A stretch of 64,000 bases of DNA from Callorhinchus milii (GCF_018977255.1 NW_024704761.1:3906001-3970000), one strand, 5' to 3'; positions 50,175 to 63,496 are shown, counted from the stretch's first letter. Numbers and translations: made by a program. Notes: generated by a model from the sequence alone, not told the origin.

Positions 50175-51875
50175 ATGCGCCTCCTTCCCCTCCTCCCGGT
50201 CAGGGCCTGGCGGCGGCTGTGCGTGTGCGGGGGGAGAGCGGCGCGGGGCGGTTCCGGTCACCCTCTGGCCTCGGTAAGTGCCGAGTTAACCAGCCTCACC
50301 CCTCCCCGCACCGCCCCCCCCCCCCCACCCCATGACAACAACAACAACAACAACAACAATAATCCTTGCATTTCTGACACAGCGCCGCCTCACGCCTTCG
50401 AGACGTCTCAAAAGCCCTTCACACAACACCCAACACAACACAACGCGCCGCGCGGCGCAGCGAATGGGCTGTACTTTTTTTTCCTCTCTCGCGCGAGCGG
50501 CGGAGGAGGGCGGCCGAGATACCGATAGGGCTTACGTTGCCGCCGTCCACGTCGACGGGAGAACGTGACAGAAGCATTGCTGGCCAAAGCCGGAGGGTCC
50601 CGAGCCCCGACAGCGGTGTGCGCCCCCATCTCTGCTGGGGTGGGCATGGTCGACAACAACAACAACTTGCATTTATATAGTGCCCGCCCCACCCTCATTG
50701 CAGGGTAGCGTCCCGCAGCGCTTAAATCACGACGCTCGGCAGCAACTGACTCCCTGTGAAGTGCTCCCTGGGGGTTAAGCGCACGAATAAACCCCGGCTC
50801 TGAAAACCATTCGCCTTGGCCGTCGACGCGCCCTCTCCGTTGGGATCGGAAGACAAAGGTTGCGTCTCAAGAGGGAATCGGAAGTGCACCGGCCTCTGGA
50901 TCAGACGGTTGTGGGAATGTCTCTCTCCCTGTGTCCCAGCCGACAAGCCCCCCCCCCCCCCCGTACTAATTGGTCGTTCACTTCATGGCTGTCACGGTGC
51001 GCCAAAATGGGCTGCCGTGTTTGCCCTACAAAAACCTGTGAAATGCTTTGGGACACCCTGATTTGAGAGGTGCTGTAGCAAATGCTGTATCTCATTATTA
51101 ATAAAAAGTGTATGTACGTTGGGCTGACTTCACTGACCAGGCTCCTGTGTAATGGCCACTTGGCCGAGGTACCGTTTCCTGCTGGCAACCACATACAACT
51201 TTAACCCAGCAACGCCTAAAGAGAGGAGGCAGAGAGAATTGGACAAATGTCTCTGCCAAAGCCAAGTGCATTTAACTATGTTTGTCCAATTCTCTCCAGC
51301 ACTGTAGTGGTGTCTCAGTCATCCAGCACCAGGCCAGCAGGTGTAAAACCTGTCCAATTGTTCAGGACACCGTGACTTAACATGAAAACATATTGAAAAT
51401 ATTCCTTTATTTCACAGATTCTTACACAACAGCCTTTAAGGTTCTTGCCTGGCAGAGACGGGTGGACAGTGAACTTGCCTTTTTTAGCATGGTCTTTGAC
51501 TTCCTACAGGCCTGGACTCTTTAAGACTTTTCAGTTAACACGCTGTACCTGTATATTTGTCACATGCAAATGTTTTTTTACTTCGTCTGGGAGGGTGAGC
51601 TGTGAAGATAATAAACAGAATGGTCCTAGTCACCTTCAGAGTAAAGACCAAAGAGATTGGGGCAACAGGCCTATGCCCTTCCCACCACTTCCAACCACTT
51701 GCTGTATGAGTGGCTGCCAAAATTGTGTGTGGGTCACGTACGCAGAGGAGTTGATGAAGAATTTCCGGATGGAGGAGAGAAGGCCCTTGAAATGATTGAG
51801 GAGCACATTGAGGATGAAACCCTGAAAGCCTTTCTTAAGATGGAAATCCGGTTGAGGATGCAGGACAATATATGA
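50175..51875 (+). CDS. OXLD1: Oxidoreductase-like domain protein 1; exons 50175-50273 and 51418-51875, with an apparent 1-nt frameshift at ~51766
   Basis: [21 protein letters not shown] is in one frame and [29 protein letters not shown] in the adjacent frame; both match OXLD1. Arg-rich N-terminal exon ends in a G|gtaagt donor. Confidence 0.88.
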
Positions 51876-53248
51876 GTGCAATGTATCCTAGTTTTGTGTG
51901 ATTTCTAGCTCAATGAAGCTCAGATCCTTTAAACAGTGACACTCCCAGCTGCACAAATTAATCTGATTCATTGGGAGTGTTGTGACTTATTGCAGACACA
52001 TCATAAATTATATTCTAAATTAAATTAAAACCTGACCTCTTTTAACTCATTGCTGTTGGATGTCACTGTCTGCAGCTCTAAACCTCGTCTACTTGTGTCT
52101 GCCCAGCATCTGCCAGCTAGAATATTGTCGAGGGTTATTTTGAGCTGTAAATTAAAGCTTTAAGTACGGATTGAGTTAAACAAGCTTCTGTTTTATTTCC
52201 AGGCAGATAACTTTGCAAATACAATGGAAGAGGAAACGTGCCATGGTCTTTAGCAAATAACTTCAAACCATTAAATACATGACAAATTTGCAGTTTGCCT
52301 GGAGTAAAACAGCCATCTATCTATATTACAGAAGCTGAACATCATAGCATGCAAAATAATGTTCAATAATCTGTTGTTGAAAAGTGATTCGCAAACACAG
52401 TGGTACCACGTCTCTCGTTTCAATCTAATGCAGTACTTTTCACATTCATCCCAGTGACTGTGCAGCACAACTGGAAGAGAAAAATCATTTTACTGCTCTG
52501 ATACATAAGCGGTTCTGTCTACATTGCAAAGTCTCACACTTCATTCTCAAATTCTAATAGGAATTCTGCTCGGTGATGTAATTCTATGCCAACCACCTGT
52601 TACCCTGAATTTGCTGAGCATACAAAGTAAACTCCACCTGTATGTAATAATACAAGCACATTTGTACTCTGCCCCGGTTTCCTCCGTTGTTCATGTCCTG
52701 AAGGGTTCGGCCTGCAGGATGTATTAAAAAGCCAGGGACTTATCTCCTGTGTGCTGCTGTAGCACATTCTCCTTCCCACACAGGTGGAATGTGTGTTCAC
52801 AAAATACACAGTCAATTCACTTCATAGTATATTCTGTGATAGTGCTTTGAGGAGCCTCAATGGCATGATAAGGCGCTATAGCAAATGCAAGGAATATTCT
52901 TTTTATAATGTGATTGAGCACAGATTCAAAGAATATAAAGGGTGGGGGTGCAGTGACTATTACACAGCGGTAATTCATCTCGTGTAGTGACTTGGAGGTG
53001 ACAACCGCTTGCATTTATATAGCGGCCTTCACTCAGTGCAGCATCTCGGAGCGCTAAACGGTGGCAGAGCTTGGCAAACCCAAGGTGCCAAGTTTGTGCT
53101 CGTAGTGGATTTTATTTTTAAAAAGTTCGCCTGTTTCTGTTCAAAGCTCCTTCCATTAATTAAACCAACTGATGTCGTACAAGTACAGTAGCAGAGATAT
53201 TTATACGGATCGTTTTGTTTTTAAAATCCACTGTCTTGATTCTTGTCG

Positions 53249-53567
53249 GAGTCCTGTGGCTCAGTGGTTAGAGCACTCGCTTTGCAAGTGAGAGACCTGA
53301 GTTCAATTCCAGGCAGAGGGCCAAACCTTGGGCAAGTTTCCTTACTCCACACAGAGCCTAATAACAATCCCTCCAAAACCAAAAACAATAATAAATTGGT
53401 CATTTTCAATCTACGACTGTTTGTGGGACATTGCTGTGCGCAATTGGCTGCCGCGTTCGCCCACAAATATACAGTCAATTCACTTTACAGTGCGTTCTGT
53501 GAAGCGCTTCGGGACGTCCTCCCGACGTGAAAAGCGCTATATCAAATGCAAGGATTATTATTATTAA
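53249..53567 (+). mobile_element. tRNA-headed SINE
   Basis: ggagtcctgtggctcagtggttagagcactcgctttgcaagtgagagacctgagttcaattccaggc head, ccttgggcaagtttccttactcc, shared 3' module and (ATT)n. Confidence 0.8.
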
Positions 53568-54074
53568 GGGGGTCACAGAATACGAGGAAGCATAATTTTT
53601 TTGCTTTCGTCACGTATTTATTTTTGGGGAGGATCCATGTTATAAGGCTACATCCTGTTTATGTGCAAGATAGGAACCTGGGTGGATTGTGAGTGCCTCA
53701 CAGGAAGAAGAGCTTTGTCAGACCATGGCATGAAGAATATGGATTAACCTTATCAGAGAGTGAGGGAGGTTTGCCATATAGAATGGGGGGGGGGGTGGGG
53801 GGGGCACCGAGCTGTGGAGAATTCCTGAAACCAGTCTGAATTTTGTCAGCCGGGCTCGGCCGATGGCAGTCTTGCCTCTGAGTAAGGCTCAGGCCCCTCT
53901 TCAGAGCTCACGGTCTGGGGGGGGCGACACCCCACACGCTTCTGTTTATCTCGCAGTAACGAGAAACCCGGTGGCGGTCAAGTCGATTGACGGATCGCTT
54001 TCCGGAGGGGTGGAGGTGGGGGTGGGGGGGTGTGGGGGGGGGGGGTAATAATCCCTTCGAAAATTAAAAGCGCG

Positions 54075-54290
54075 TTCACTCAACCCACGGCTGTTCGTGG
54101 GACGCCGCTGCGCGCGGTTGGCTGTCGCGTTCCGCCCGCGGAGTCTTAACAGCCGACGCACTTCCGCGGCGCGTTCCGCGAGCGGCTTCGAGACGTCTCC
54201 AAACGACGCGACCAGGCGCTGCGCGTCAAAGGCTCTCATTAATTACTATTGATATATCGATTATTAATATCATTATTATTATTATTATTA
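54075..54290 (+). mobile_element. SINE 3' half, strongly GC-shifted
   Basis: Colinear with the shared 3' module and ends in (ATT)n. Confidence 0.7.
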
Positions 54291-54424
54291 CGCATAACGA
54301 TAAGAGGGCCCGATCAGCTCGTTGGGTCTGTGTGGTGTTATAGTACAGACTGTGCAGATGGGATAGGATGTGGCAGTCAGACACAGGGCTGTGGATAGGC
54401 TGAGCTGTCAGTCACACAGACTGG

Positions 54425-54490
54425 AGTGAGTGAGTGAGTGTGTGTGTGTGTGTGTGAGTGAGTGAGTGAGTGTGTGTGTGTGAGTGTGTG
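54425..54490. repeat. Compound (GAGT)n/(GT)n microsatellite
   Basis: Seen directly. Confidence 0.9.
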
Positions 54491-54607
54491 TTGTAGGTAC
54501 AGTCATATGGGACTTTGACGCACTGACGTGTCCCGGAGACTGCGATCCTGGTGTTGGGATTTGCTGAGTTCATTATCCTCAGGAAACCAGAGCCCTGAAG
54601 TCTGGGA

Positions 54608-54761
54608 NNNNNNNNNNNNNNNNNNNNNNNNNNNNNNNNNNNNNNNNNNNNNNNNNNNNNNNNNNNNNNNNNNNNNNNNNNNNNNNNNNNNNNNNNNNNN
54701 NNNNNNNNNNNNNNNNNNNNNNNNNNNNNNNNNNNNNNNNNNNNNNNNNNNNNNNNNNNNN
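54608..54761. other. Assembly gap (N run) in the SYNGR2 promoter region
   Basis: Run of Ns. Confidence 1.
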
Positions 54762-54860
54762 CCCCCCCCCTTGTGTGTAAAAAAAAGAAAAGCCCTGCAA
54801 TTATTTACAGCGTATTTTAAAATTCTCCTTTCGAGTTCTTTTCATTTTTTTCGCACCGAA

Positions 54861-57800
54861 ATGGAAGGGAACGTTTACGGAGCGGCCAAAGCGGGCGGTG
54901 CCTTCGACTTAGTGAACTTTCTGAAACAGCCGCAGACCATCGCCAGGTTCCTGAGTTGGGTGAGTGAAAAACCCCCCTCCAAAAAAAAAATATATCTATA
55001 AATCTATATGTATGTAAAATGACATCGCTGTCTGATCAATTGAGACATTTGTTGCACTCCCCTCCGCTATACCTGTGCGGCTACAATGTATCCGCGATGT
55101 ATCCCCTTTCGCTCGTCCGATGTTTGCGGAGTGTTTTTTCTTCTCAATATTTTTTCTTTTATTTGGTAAAATCGCGACATGTGTTTCTTTTCGAAACGGG
55201 TTTTTCCTTAAAACAAAATAGGATGTTTTTTTGGTTCGAGTGAGGCTTCTGGTTCCAAGAAAAAAAAACCCCAAACCCCCCCCCTCTCCACCCCCCCCCC
55301 CCCCTCCACCCCCCGTCGGTCGGTGTTTTTTTTTATTTTGTATTTCTGTCCCCATTTTCAAGGTTTCGATTCGCTTTAAAGCGAAATCGAAATGTGTAAA
55401 TACATAGATATGTGTCGTGGCTTTTTGATACGATCTTGCACTTGGTGATTTTTTTTATGTGTGTGTGTGTGTGTGTGTGATGACTAATGATGAGGAGGAT
55501 TTTTATTCCTTTAATACTCAGATCCCCTCCTCCTCCTCTTAAGAAATTCGAGTTTTAAAAGCAAAAAAAGATAATCAAGAGTGTGTCACTTGATGAGATT
55601 CACTTCTTGTTTATCTCACTCTCGTTTCTCCTGAACCTGTCTGTAACATTGCCAACTGCAGGCCCGAAATAAACCCATAGAAAGTCTTGTGTGTGTGTTT
55701 TTTTGCTGCACAACAACCCCCCCCCCCTCCCCTGTCTTTCACCTACTTCCGCGTTGTGAACTTCAGAGAATCACATGCTCGGCCTCATGTTTCAGGTTCA
55801 AAGAGGAGAAGGGATGAATCCAATCCCAGTGCTGGGAAATAAACATATACACATACAACTCAGGCACTCACTCACTCACACACAACAACAACCCGCTCAG
55901 CGCTTGCTGACTACCCTACTTTTAAAGCGCAGGACTAGGCAGAGAACCGGCACCACGTTTAGGTACGCGGTCCACGCGCTCAAGGTGGCGTGCAGACGCT
56001 TACGCTGGAATAAATGCCCGAAAGACGAGCCTTGCAACGAATGATGTGCTTGCAGAGCGCGTTAAGTGCTGCGTAAATGAAGCCCTCGAATAAGTGCCCC
56101 CGTGTGTGAAACATTGCTGGTGTTTCAGCCCTTGTCTCGGGTCAACAACAACAATAACAAATTGCTTTAAGATAGTGCCTCTCACGTCGGGAGGTTCAGG
56201 TGGTGCATTAAACCCCATTCGCGCATTAACCACAATCGCCGTACTCTTGTTTTCCCTTTGCCTCAGATAACAGGCCTTCGGTGTTGCCTTTTTAATGCAG
56301 TTTTCTCGTAGGGGCCTCGGCGAGTGTGTGTGGGTCATCTTTTAAAAAAATCATTCAACGTTCTTTCTGGGTATAATAAACGGGCACCGGTAATCTGGCT
56401 GATTCACATCTCAACCCAGGCAGCTCCAGGGGATGTAGGGAACCCAGTCAGAAAAAAAGTCCTTGATGTTGCTATTGGAATAAGTCAGACAGGACGAGGT
56501 GAAACAGCAAAGCAGCTTTGGTCAAGAACAGGCTCTTTTCTCTGAGTGCTTCCTCTCAGGACATGAGAAGCTCAGAGAGTGAGAATGGCAAAGAGGCTGA
56601 GAAGTGGTGTTGAGAACAGTGACGTGTTTCTGCACTGTTGGGTCTATCGGCCATTTTTAGCTGTTGTGGTATTTTGATCTGCACCAGGAAGTAAGGTCGA
56701 TCATTGCCACATGAGTCTTGGATGTGGCGTGTTGCTAACTTGGCTTTTTTTGTGTTGTTGCGCCGTTTTGTTGCAGGTCTTTGCAATAGTTGTCTTCGGC
56801 TGCATCGTGAGCGAGGGCTATGAAAACACCCACACATCTGGAGAGTTGAAATGCATCTTCAATGGAAACACCAACGCCTGCCACTACGGTGTGGGGATCG
56901 GAGTGACTGCATTCCTCATCAGCACCGTCTTCTTTGGGCTGGATGGCTACTTCCCCCAGATCAGCAACATCACTCAACGCAAACACATCGTGATTGTTGA
57001 CCTGGTGGTTTCAGGTAGTGAATCCTGCACGCACTGTGGGTTTTAGTTTCCAGGCAATAAGGAGCGGAAGGGGGGGGTAGGGAGTGGGGGTGGGTGGGGA
57101 GGAGAGAGATGCTCTTACATTGACTCTCAGCACTTTAATAGAATTTCAGTATTCCCACTGCTTATTTTAATGTTTATAACTGGACTGCTTCCTGTAGCTA
57201 GCGCCAGTCTGATTGAGTTGGCAGTGCTCTCGTCTCTGAGTCAGAGGGTTGTGTATTCGAGCCGCCACTTAGGGCTCATGGTCCACGGTCGTGCTCCAGT
57301 ATTTTGCTGGAGGACTGGGGTGGAGAGTAAGTGAGCCGCACTTGGAAATGCCGTCCTTTGGACGAGACGTTAAAAATCGAGCTCCGTCGGCCTGTTCGGG
57401 CGGACGTTAAAGGTCCCTGCCAGGACTCTATTCCCCCCTCTCCAAAAGAGAAGGGGAATTTCTTGCACTGACATGTCCAACCGAGCCTCCGGTTAAAGTA
57501 TTCGTTCACCTCATAGCTGTTCGTGTGACGTGTGCCGCGTGTGAAGTGACCGGCGCATTTGCCTGCGGTGGTGGTCTGAGTGGGGGGTGGGGGAAAAAAA
57601 AACTCTGCCCTCGCCCGTCGGTAGGAATAACCGTGAAGTGTGTGGAGATGTTTCCCCGCGATTAAACCTGAAAATAGCTTCGCCGCCTGGCGGGTTCACG
57701 CTGCCGTTTTCTCTGGTTCTCCTGTAGCTTCCTGGACCTTTCTGTGGTTTGTCGGCTTCTGCTACCTGACCAATCAGTGGGGGTCCACTCCCCTCAAGGA

Positions 57801-58711
57801 GTACGGGGTGGACGCCAGCCGAGCCAACAGCGCCCGGGCTGCCATCGCCTTCTGCTTCTTCTCGATTTTCAGCTGGGTAAGGCGCGAGCGAGGCCTGGCT
57901 CGGGATTGCGCGGGTCCAGGGACTTGCAGGATAGAGGTATAGCTGCGTGGGGTCTTCTGGGTCTCGGTCTGCGCCTCTCCCGAAGGCAGCCGACCGCGGC
58001 AAGCAGTCGTTTCTCGCTCTCGACCGGGGCGCCCGCCGTTATCGCGACGCCCTTTCTTGCGAGCCATCGAACGGGCACGGAACCAAACGGAAGGGGTTTT
58101 CGAGCTCCCATTTGCTTAAGATATTCTGAACAAAACAGTAATAATCCGGTCTCTCAATTCCACGACCGTTTGCGAGGGTGGGGGGTGGGGGGGGAAGGAA
58201 AGGGGGGCAAGGGGGGGACACTACCGGGAGCAATTGGCTACCGGGTCTGTGCCCACAAAATATACAGTTGACAACAACAAGGACAACAGCAAGATTATAT
58301 TTGTAACAGCACCTTTCACGTCGGGAGGACGTCCCAAGGCGCTGGACAGTGGACAGCATCTCAAGCCACTTAAACAGAGCATTCTCGCGAAGCGCCTTGA
58401 GGTGCCATCCTGCCCCCACCCCCCACGCCCCCCTTGTCATTCTGCCTGGTTGACGGTCTGACCGCCCTTCTCTCTCTCTCTCTCTGTCTCTCTCTGTCTC
58501 CGGTGTCGCACAGGGCTTCCAGACGTGCTTCGCCCTGAAGCGATATCGCATGGGGGTGGAGGACTTTTCCGACAAGTACACGGACCCCACCCACGACACC
58601 GCCGGGCCGTACTCTGCTTACCCGAGCAATGCCGACGACAACTACCAGCAGCCGCCGTTCACTGCTGCCCCGGAACAGGGCGCGGACGAGTACGTGCCTC
58701 CCGTGTACTAG
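54861..58711 (+). CDS. SYNGR2: Synaptogyrin-2 (MARVEL domain); exons 54861-54959, 56777-57014, 57728-57876, 58514-58711 (227 aa)
   Basis: MEGNVYGAAKAGGAFD, EGY...C.FN...AC.YG, YFPQISN, WTFLWFVGFCYLTNQW, ARAAIAF.FFSIFSW and C-terminus YQQPPF...YVPPVY. Convergent with TK1 as in human. Confidence 0.94.
57215..57565 (+). mobile_element. Deu-domain SINE in SYNGR2 intron 2
   Basis: ctctgagtcagagggttgtg...ttggacgagacgttaaaa...cctgttcgggcggacgttaaagg. Confidence 0.65.
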
Positions 58712-60926
58712 AGGGGCGAAGCGGACCCGGAGCCCTGCCCGAGCATCTGAGACAGCTTGCCAACGTAACGCAACGACGGCGCTCCGTGGCCTTTCCTTGT
58801 AATATCTTTATGTGGCTTTCGCCCCTTTTTCCCCCCCTTCCCTTTTTTTTGTCCCACCCCTCTTTTTTTTTGCTGGGCCTGCAGTGAGTGTCATGACCCG
58901 CTTCCCAGTGTCGCTGCTTCAATGTGAGTAAGTGTGAGTGAGTGAGTGTTGCTGAATAACTCTACTCCCCCCCACCCTCTCCCTCCCTCCCTGGCAGAGG
59001 GATGCACCCAACCCTTACCTTACCTCACACACACCCCATTCCCACCCCCCACCCCATCACCCCACCGAGGAATCGGGCACGCACTCACTGATTGCACTCT
59101 CAACCCAGCCCTCTCCCCATCATAGAACGTACTAATTCCCCTCTTCCCCTCCCTACCTCGGCCCGCAACCTCTTCTCATTCATTCATTCTGAGGAGGGAG
59201 GGGGTGGGAGGGGGGGATATCGGGGTGGGCGATTTTGGGACGGGTGTCCTGACTCTTGCTCGGGATCTCCCTACTCGTTTCACTTTCCTGCGCAGAATGA
59301 AACCTGTGCTGGACATGCCGTGTGTATTTGAGCTTGATGGCAGAAGCCCTGGTTACAGGTGAGCCTGTAACTCACTCCACTGGCGTGGTTCGGCTTCTCA
59401 CACATTCACAGTGACTGGTCCGTACAGAGACAAAGAGAGAGAGAGGGGTCCTCTCCCCTTCCCTCCCCTTCACCCAATTCCCCTCCCGACAACACCGTCC
59501 CTAACTCAATCCACACAGCATTGGGTCCGTCATGTTCCCCTACTGTTTTGGGTATTTGTGTGTTTTAATGGCAGCAGCTTAAACCCGATCAGGGGTTTGC
59601 CTGGGTGAGGTGTTTGCTTGTTAACATCTGGCAGTGGGTGGGGGAGTGGGAGAGGGAGGGCTTGTAAAGGGGCTGTCTGTAGCCAGGCTGCCTCTCTGCG
59701 GGGTTACTGTGAGGAGTGTGGAAGCGCTGGATTCCTTGCGGTGTTTTCAGAAAGAATTGGAAGTCGGTCGCAAACACTTACCATCATCCTTGCTGGCAGC
59801 AGATTCCAGCCTGGGGAGTGACTGTGAGTGTGGGTGGGGGAGGTTGGGTTGGGATGCGATCCACACCCAATCTCAGCACAGATCCTAACCCCTTAAGGTA
59901 CAGTCCGAGTTACCTGCTGTGTTCTTGCCCAGGGGAAGATTTCATCTGGGAGGGAGGAACAGTTCATTTTCTTTTGCTTTTTAATTTAAAAAAAAGCTGA
60001 ATCAGTGAAACAAAGCGGGTTGAAAGAGGGAGGGATTGATTTATTTTACTGTAGTCCCGTGATAATCTCCACAGGTTCTGGTTTGCTCCTAGTGAAGGAT
60101 GGCGATAGGACTGCTTTTGATAACTTAGATTTATTGAGGATTTTTTTTGTTGTGTTGCTTCATATTGTGTATTTTGTTTCGTCTGCTAGTAGAAAGGGGG
60201 AAAAAAATCACTTGAGTAAAAACGAGAATTTTATATTCTTTTTATAAACTACTGAAATGGGTCTTTAAAATAGGAGAGAGGACATATTCGCTTGACTCTG
60301 ATTTGTACTGATTGAATGTAAAATATCAAATTGTATGTTTGGGAAATTGTTGGGGCTGAAGTGTAATCGAGACTCTGACTGGCGGTCACACTTGGCTTGT
60401 TGTTGCTGCTTGGAGGGGACTGTGCCAGAGACTGGGGTGGGGGTTTGGGGTTGGATTGTTCCCACTTAACAAGTGGGGAATAACTTGAGGTGTAGTTTGT
60501 GAATGGAGGAACGGTGGATATCAGGTCACGACTACCTTCCCACCATGTGCAGTAAGTGGGCGCTGCGGAGAAGCTAGACCGTCCATGCCTCGCTCACATC
60601 AGCGCGACTTCCGTACAAGATGCACGTCCAAGTAAAGCTAAGCCTTTGATTTCCCCCTTTGCACTTGTGAGTGAATGGTCTGCATGCACTTCACCTGCAT
60701 TGGGTTGGTCAGTGCCCATTGCAAACAGTGCCTTCACCTTCTGCCTTAATGTTGATCAGATGCACCTCAGTGGAAGGGGAGCGAACCCCTGCACACCTCC
60801 CATTGTACCAAAAAAAATCACTGTTTCTTATTTAAATCTATTAAAACCTCTTGATTTTGTTTCCTACGCTTATCCACAGTGGTCACGTCCAGTTATGTTC
60901 CTCCGATGCCATGATTATTCAACCTA

Positions 60927-60932
60927 AATAAA
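60927..60932 (+). terminator. Candidate polyadenylation signal of SYNGR2
   Basis: AATAAA followed by a GT/T-rich tract, about 2.2 kb after the stop codon. Confidence 0.45.
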
Positions 60933-63496
60933 ATTGGTTGATGTTATTTGAAAGAAACGATTAAACAGATCACTGAGGCTGTTACTTGGTCAGGCTGTCC
61001 ATCCGTCCATCCATCCTCCCCCACCACCAATCCCAGTTTAGGTGAAGTACATTTCACTTACTCTCTTGATCACTCCCAACTGTGGCTATCAACAGAACAA
61101 AGGTAACAAGAGGCTGGGAGCTGCTGCTCCCGAACTGGACGGTGGTGGTTGTAGGTTTAGAGAGGGAATAACTTTTGTAAAGTGTGCTTAACTTTCAGTC
61201 CTAGAGCTGCTCTTTGCAACCCTTGCTTTTAACTGGTGCTGTGTTCAATCGCATCGGCAAAGAATGTTTGATTGAATGGTGGTTTGCCCTGAAACACACA
61301 ATGCAGGGCAGACCATCAGCTGAAACTACCTACATGCTAAACCCCAATCATTTGCTAGTCTTTGTGACCAAACCAACACTGGCGAGTGTTAGTGCTAGAA
61401 CAGAGTTTAGAAGACAATTCAGTACTTATGCTAGGAATAAAGATGACTTCACATGGCCCAACAAAGTGCACTTTTAATACTGGCGTTGCATATTGAGCAC
61501 TTGTCTTCCCACAGATGACTCATGTTTTACTCATAAAGAATAGCCTTTGTTTCACAAATCACACCCACGCAAAATGAAACTGCACTATACCCACAAAATT
61601 TGGATTACTTTTTGAACCAATGACATTTGTTCAAAACCGAGTGTCTCTCTGAGCAGTCTTAGGACCAGCCCAGTTGATCTGTAATAATCTCGTGGATAGT
61701 CCATATCGGAGGTGTCTTTAGATAGATGACATTTAATGGTTCACGTTTTCAAGCTAGCCTGCAGTGTTAAAATAAACCTGAAAGAACACTGGTTCGGAAT
61801 ATGGAGGAGTGGCGGTGTTGTTAATGCTGTGGCCTTACCTTCGTTGATGTGCCTTCCAGTTCTTTCCGCTACTGGCTGATGTGTTGCAGCTTTTGCTGTG
61901 ATGTACTTTCATTCTCTAAAGCTGTTTGTGGGTTGAAGTTTCCAGTAAATCATGGGAAGTTTTATTGATCAGGAAGTCGTTCAATACTATCCAAATAAAC
62001 ACCCTTTGGAAAGCAATGGGGAAATGTTGAGTGTTTTTTCAAATGTATCGTTTTTGGATGAAAATAGTTTGGTGTTGTAAGTGGTACCAGCACTGGGTAT
62101 GGGCAATGGTTTCAAAATTAATCCGGTTTAATGTACAAGGGGAATGGAGCCAGGATTGGCAAAGCAGCCTTGTGTAACTCTGGTAGATTTTCAGCATTTT
62201 TTTGTTATGTAGAATTGCGTAGAACTTTACAGTAACAGGCCATTCATCCCAACTACAAAGTTCGCTTACAAAACAGTAACTATACTTGCCAATATATTCC
62301 TGTGAAGTGCTTGAGACATCCTCCCTTTATGAAAGGTGCTATATCAAAATGTAGATTTATTAAATATTCCATGCTGGTGTTGATACTCCACACTCTCTCC
62401 CAACCCTCAAAATAGATTTGAGTGCATGATCAAATTGGACATCTTTGATCCAACCCCCAACTCAAAAGACCTTCCTTTGGCAAAGCTATTGCAAGAGGGT
62501 CGCTCGCTGGATTGCTGTCCACTTCACACACAGAATCCAAGTACTGACATTACAGGCAAGTGCAAAATGCAGCCAGTACAGACTAACAACTGGAGATTCA
62601 AAGAAACAAACCCCACATAACATGGCTTAAAGAAGTAATGAACCTCTGACCTAACAATGTAATGATTTAAACAATGTTTTTAATGTGTTCAGTTACAAAA
62701 TTCAGTTACACAAAAATTTTACGCATAAGAGGCACCCGAATATTCCAAAGCCCAGTAAACGATTTTACAGCAAATAGGTCACCAAAGTGTTAACAGTGTT
62801 TGTCCCGTATTGAATGTTGTTCCAGTATTGAGACAGAGCAGTGCTTGCTTATGCAGTGTGAGAAGCTGCCTGGAATAATGGTTCTGCTGCCTAGAGAAAG
62901 TAAGTGCAATGAACACTGCAGTTAGCAAGATAATTGAGTTCACAAAACACAGGAAAGACCAGAAGGTGTTGCATCTTCTCTCCGAATTCTGTGAGCGGGA
63001 TGCGTCCCTCCAGGTAGTGTGCATATTCCGTTACAATAAAGATCTTTGAATTTCCATGTGTAGATGGGATGCATGAAACTCTTTAGTGTGGATATTCCTA
63101 AGCATTGCGATGGGTTTCCTCGTGTGTCAGACACCCGGCTGACCCGAAAAATACTGACATTTATTAGACCTTAGCCTGCGAGACCAATTTTTTCTTAATC
63201 ACGCAGATTTTGGCAGATAACTCTTCAATTCAGCCTTGATCTGGAAGCCAGTTTCTATAAACTGAATGCGAAAACCAGCTTCCAAACCCAAGGCTGAAGT
63301 CGAGCGCAATCTTAAAGGCAAAAGTGGTCAAAGAGGCTAAGACTAGGTGGAATTTGGGGGCTTTGAATAATAGCCTATCCAGGGCTATTGTGGCAGTGAA
63401 CTCACACAGCATGTGGTAGTTGTAGCAAATGGGACCATCCCTGATGTATATTGAAAGCACCTTTGAGCGGGTTTGGGGGAGTTGAATCCTGATGAG

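Noticed and set aside
49508-50528. Multiple long Arg/Pro/Gly-rich ORFs
   Set aside because: Stop-codon scarcity in a CpG island; only the CCDC137 and OXLD1 first exons are supported.
53249-53320. tRNA-like sequence (also 36108 and 47395-47465)
   Set aside because: It is the head of a SINE, continuing directly into SINE body with no Pol III terminator; not a tRNA gene.
1700-54290. Recurring ~100-nt motif ending 'caaatgcaaggattattatt' as a CRISPR-like or tandem array
   Set aside because: Dispersed, both orientations, variable truncation: SINE 3' ends in a vertebrate genome.
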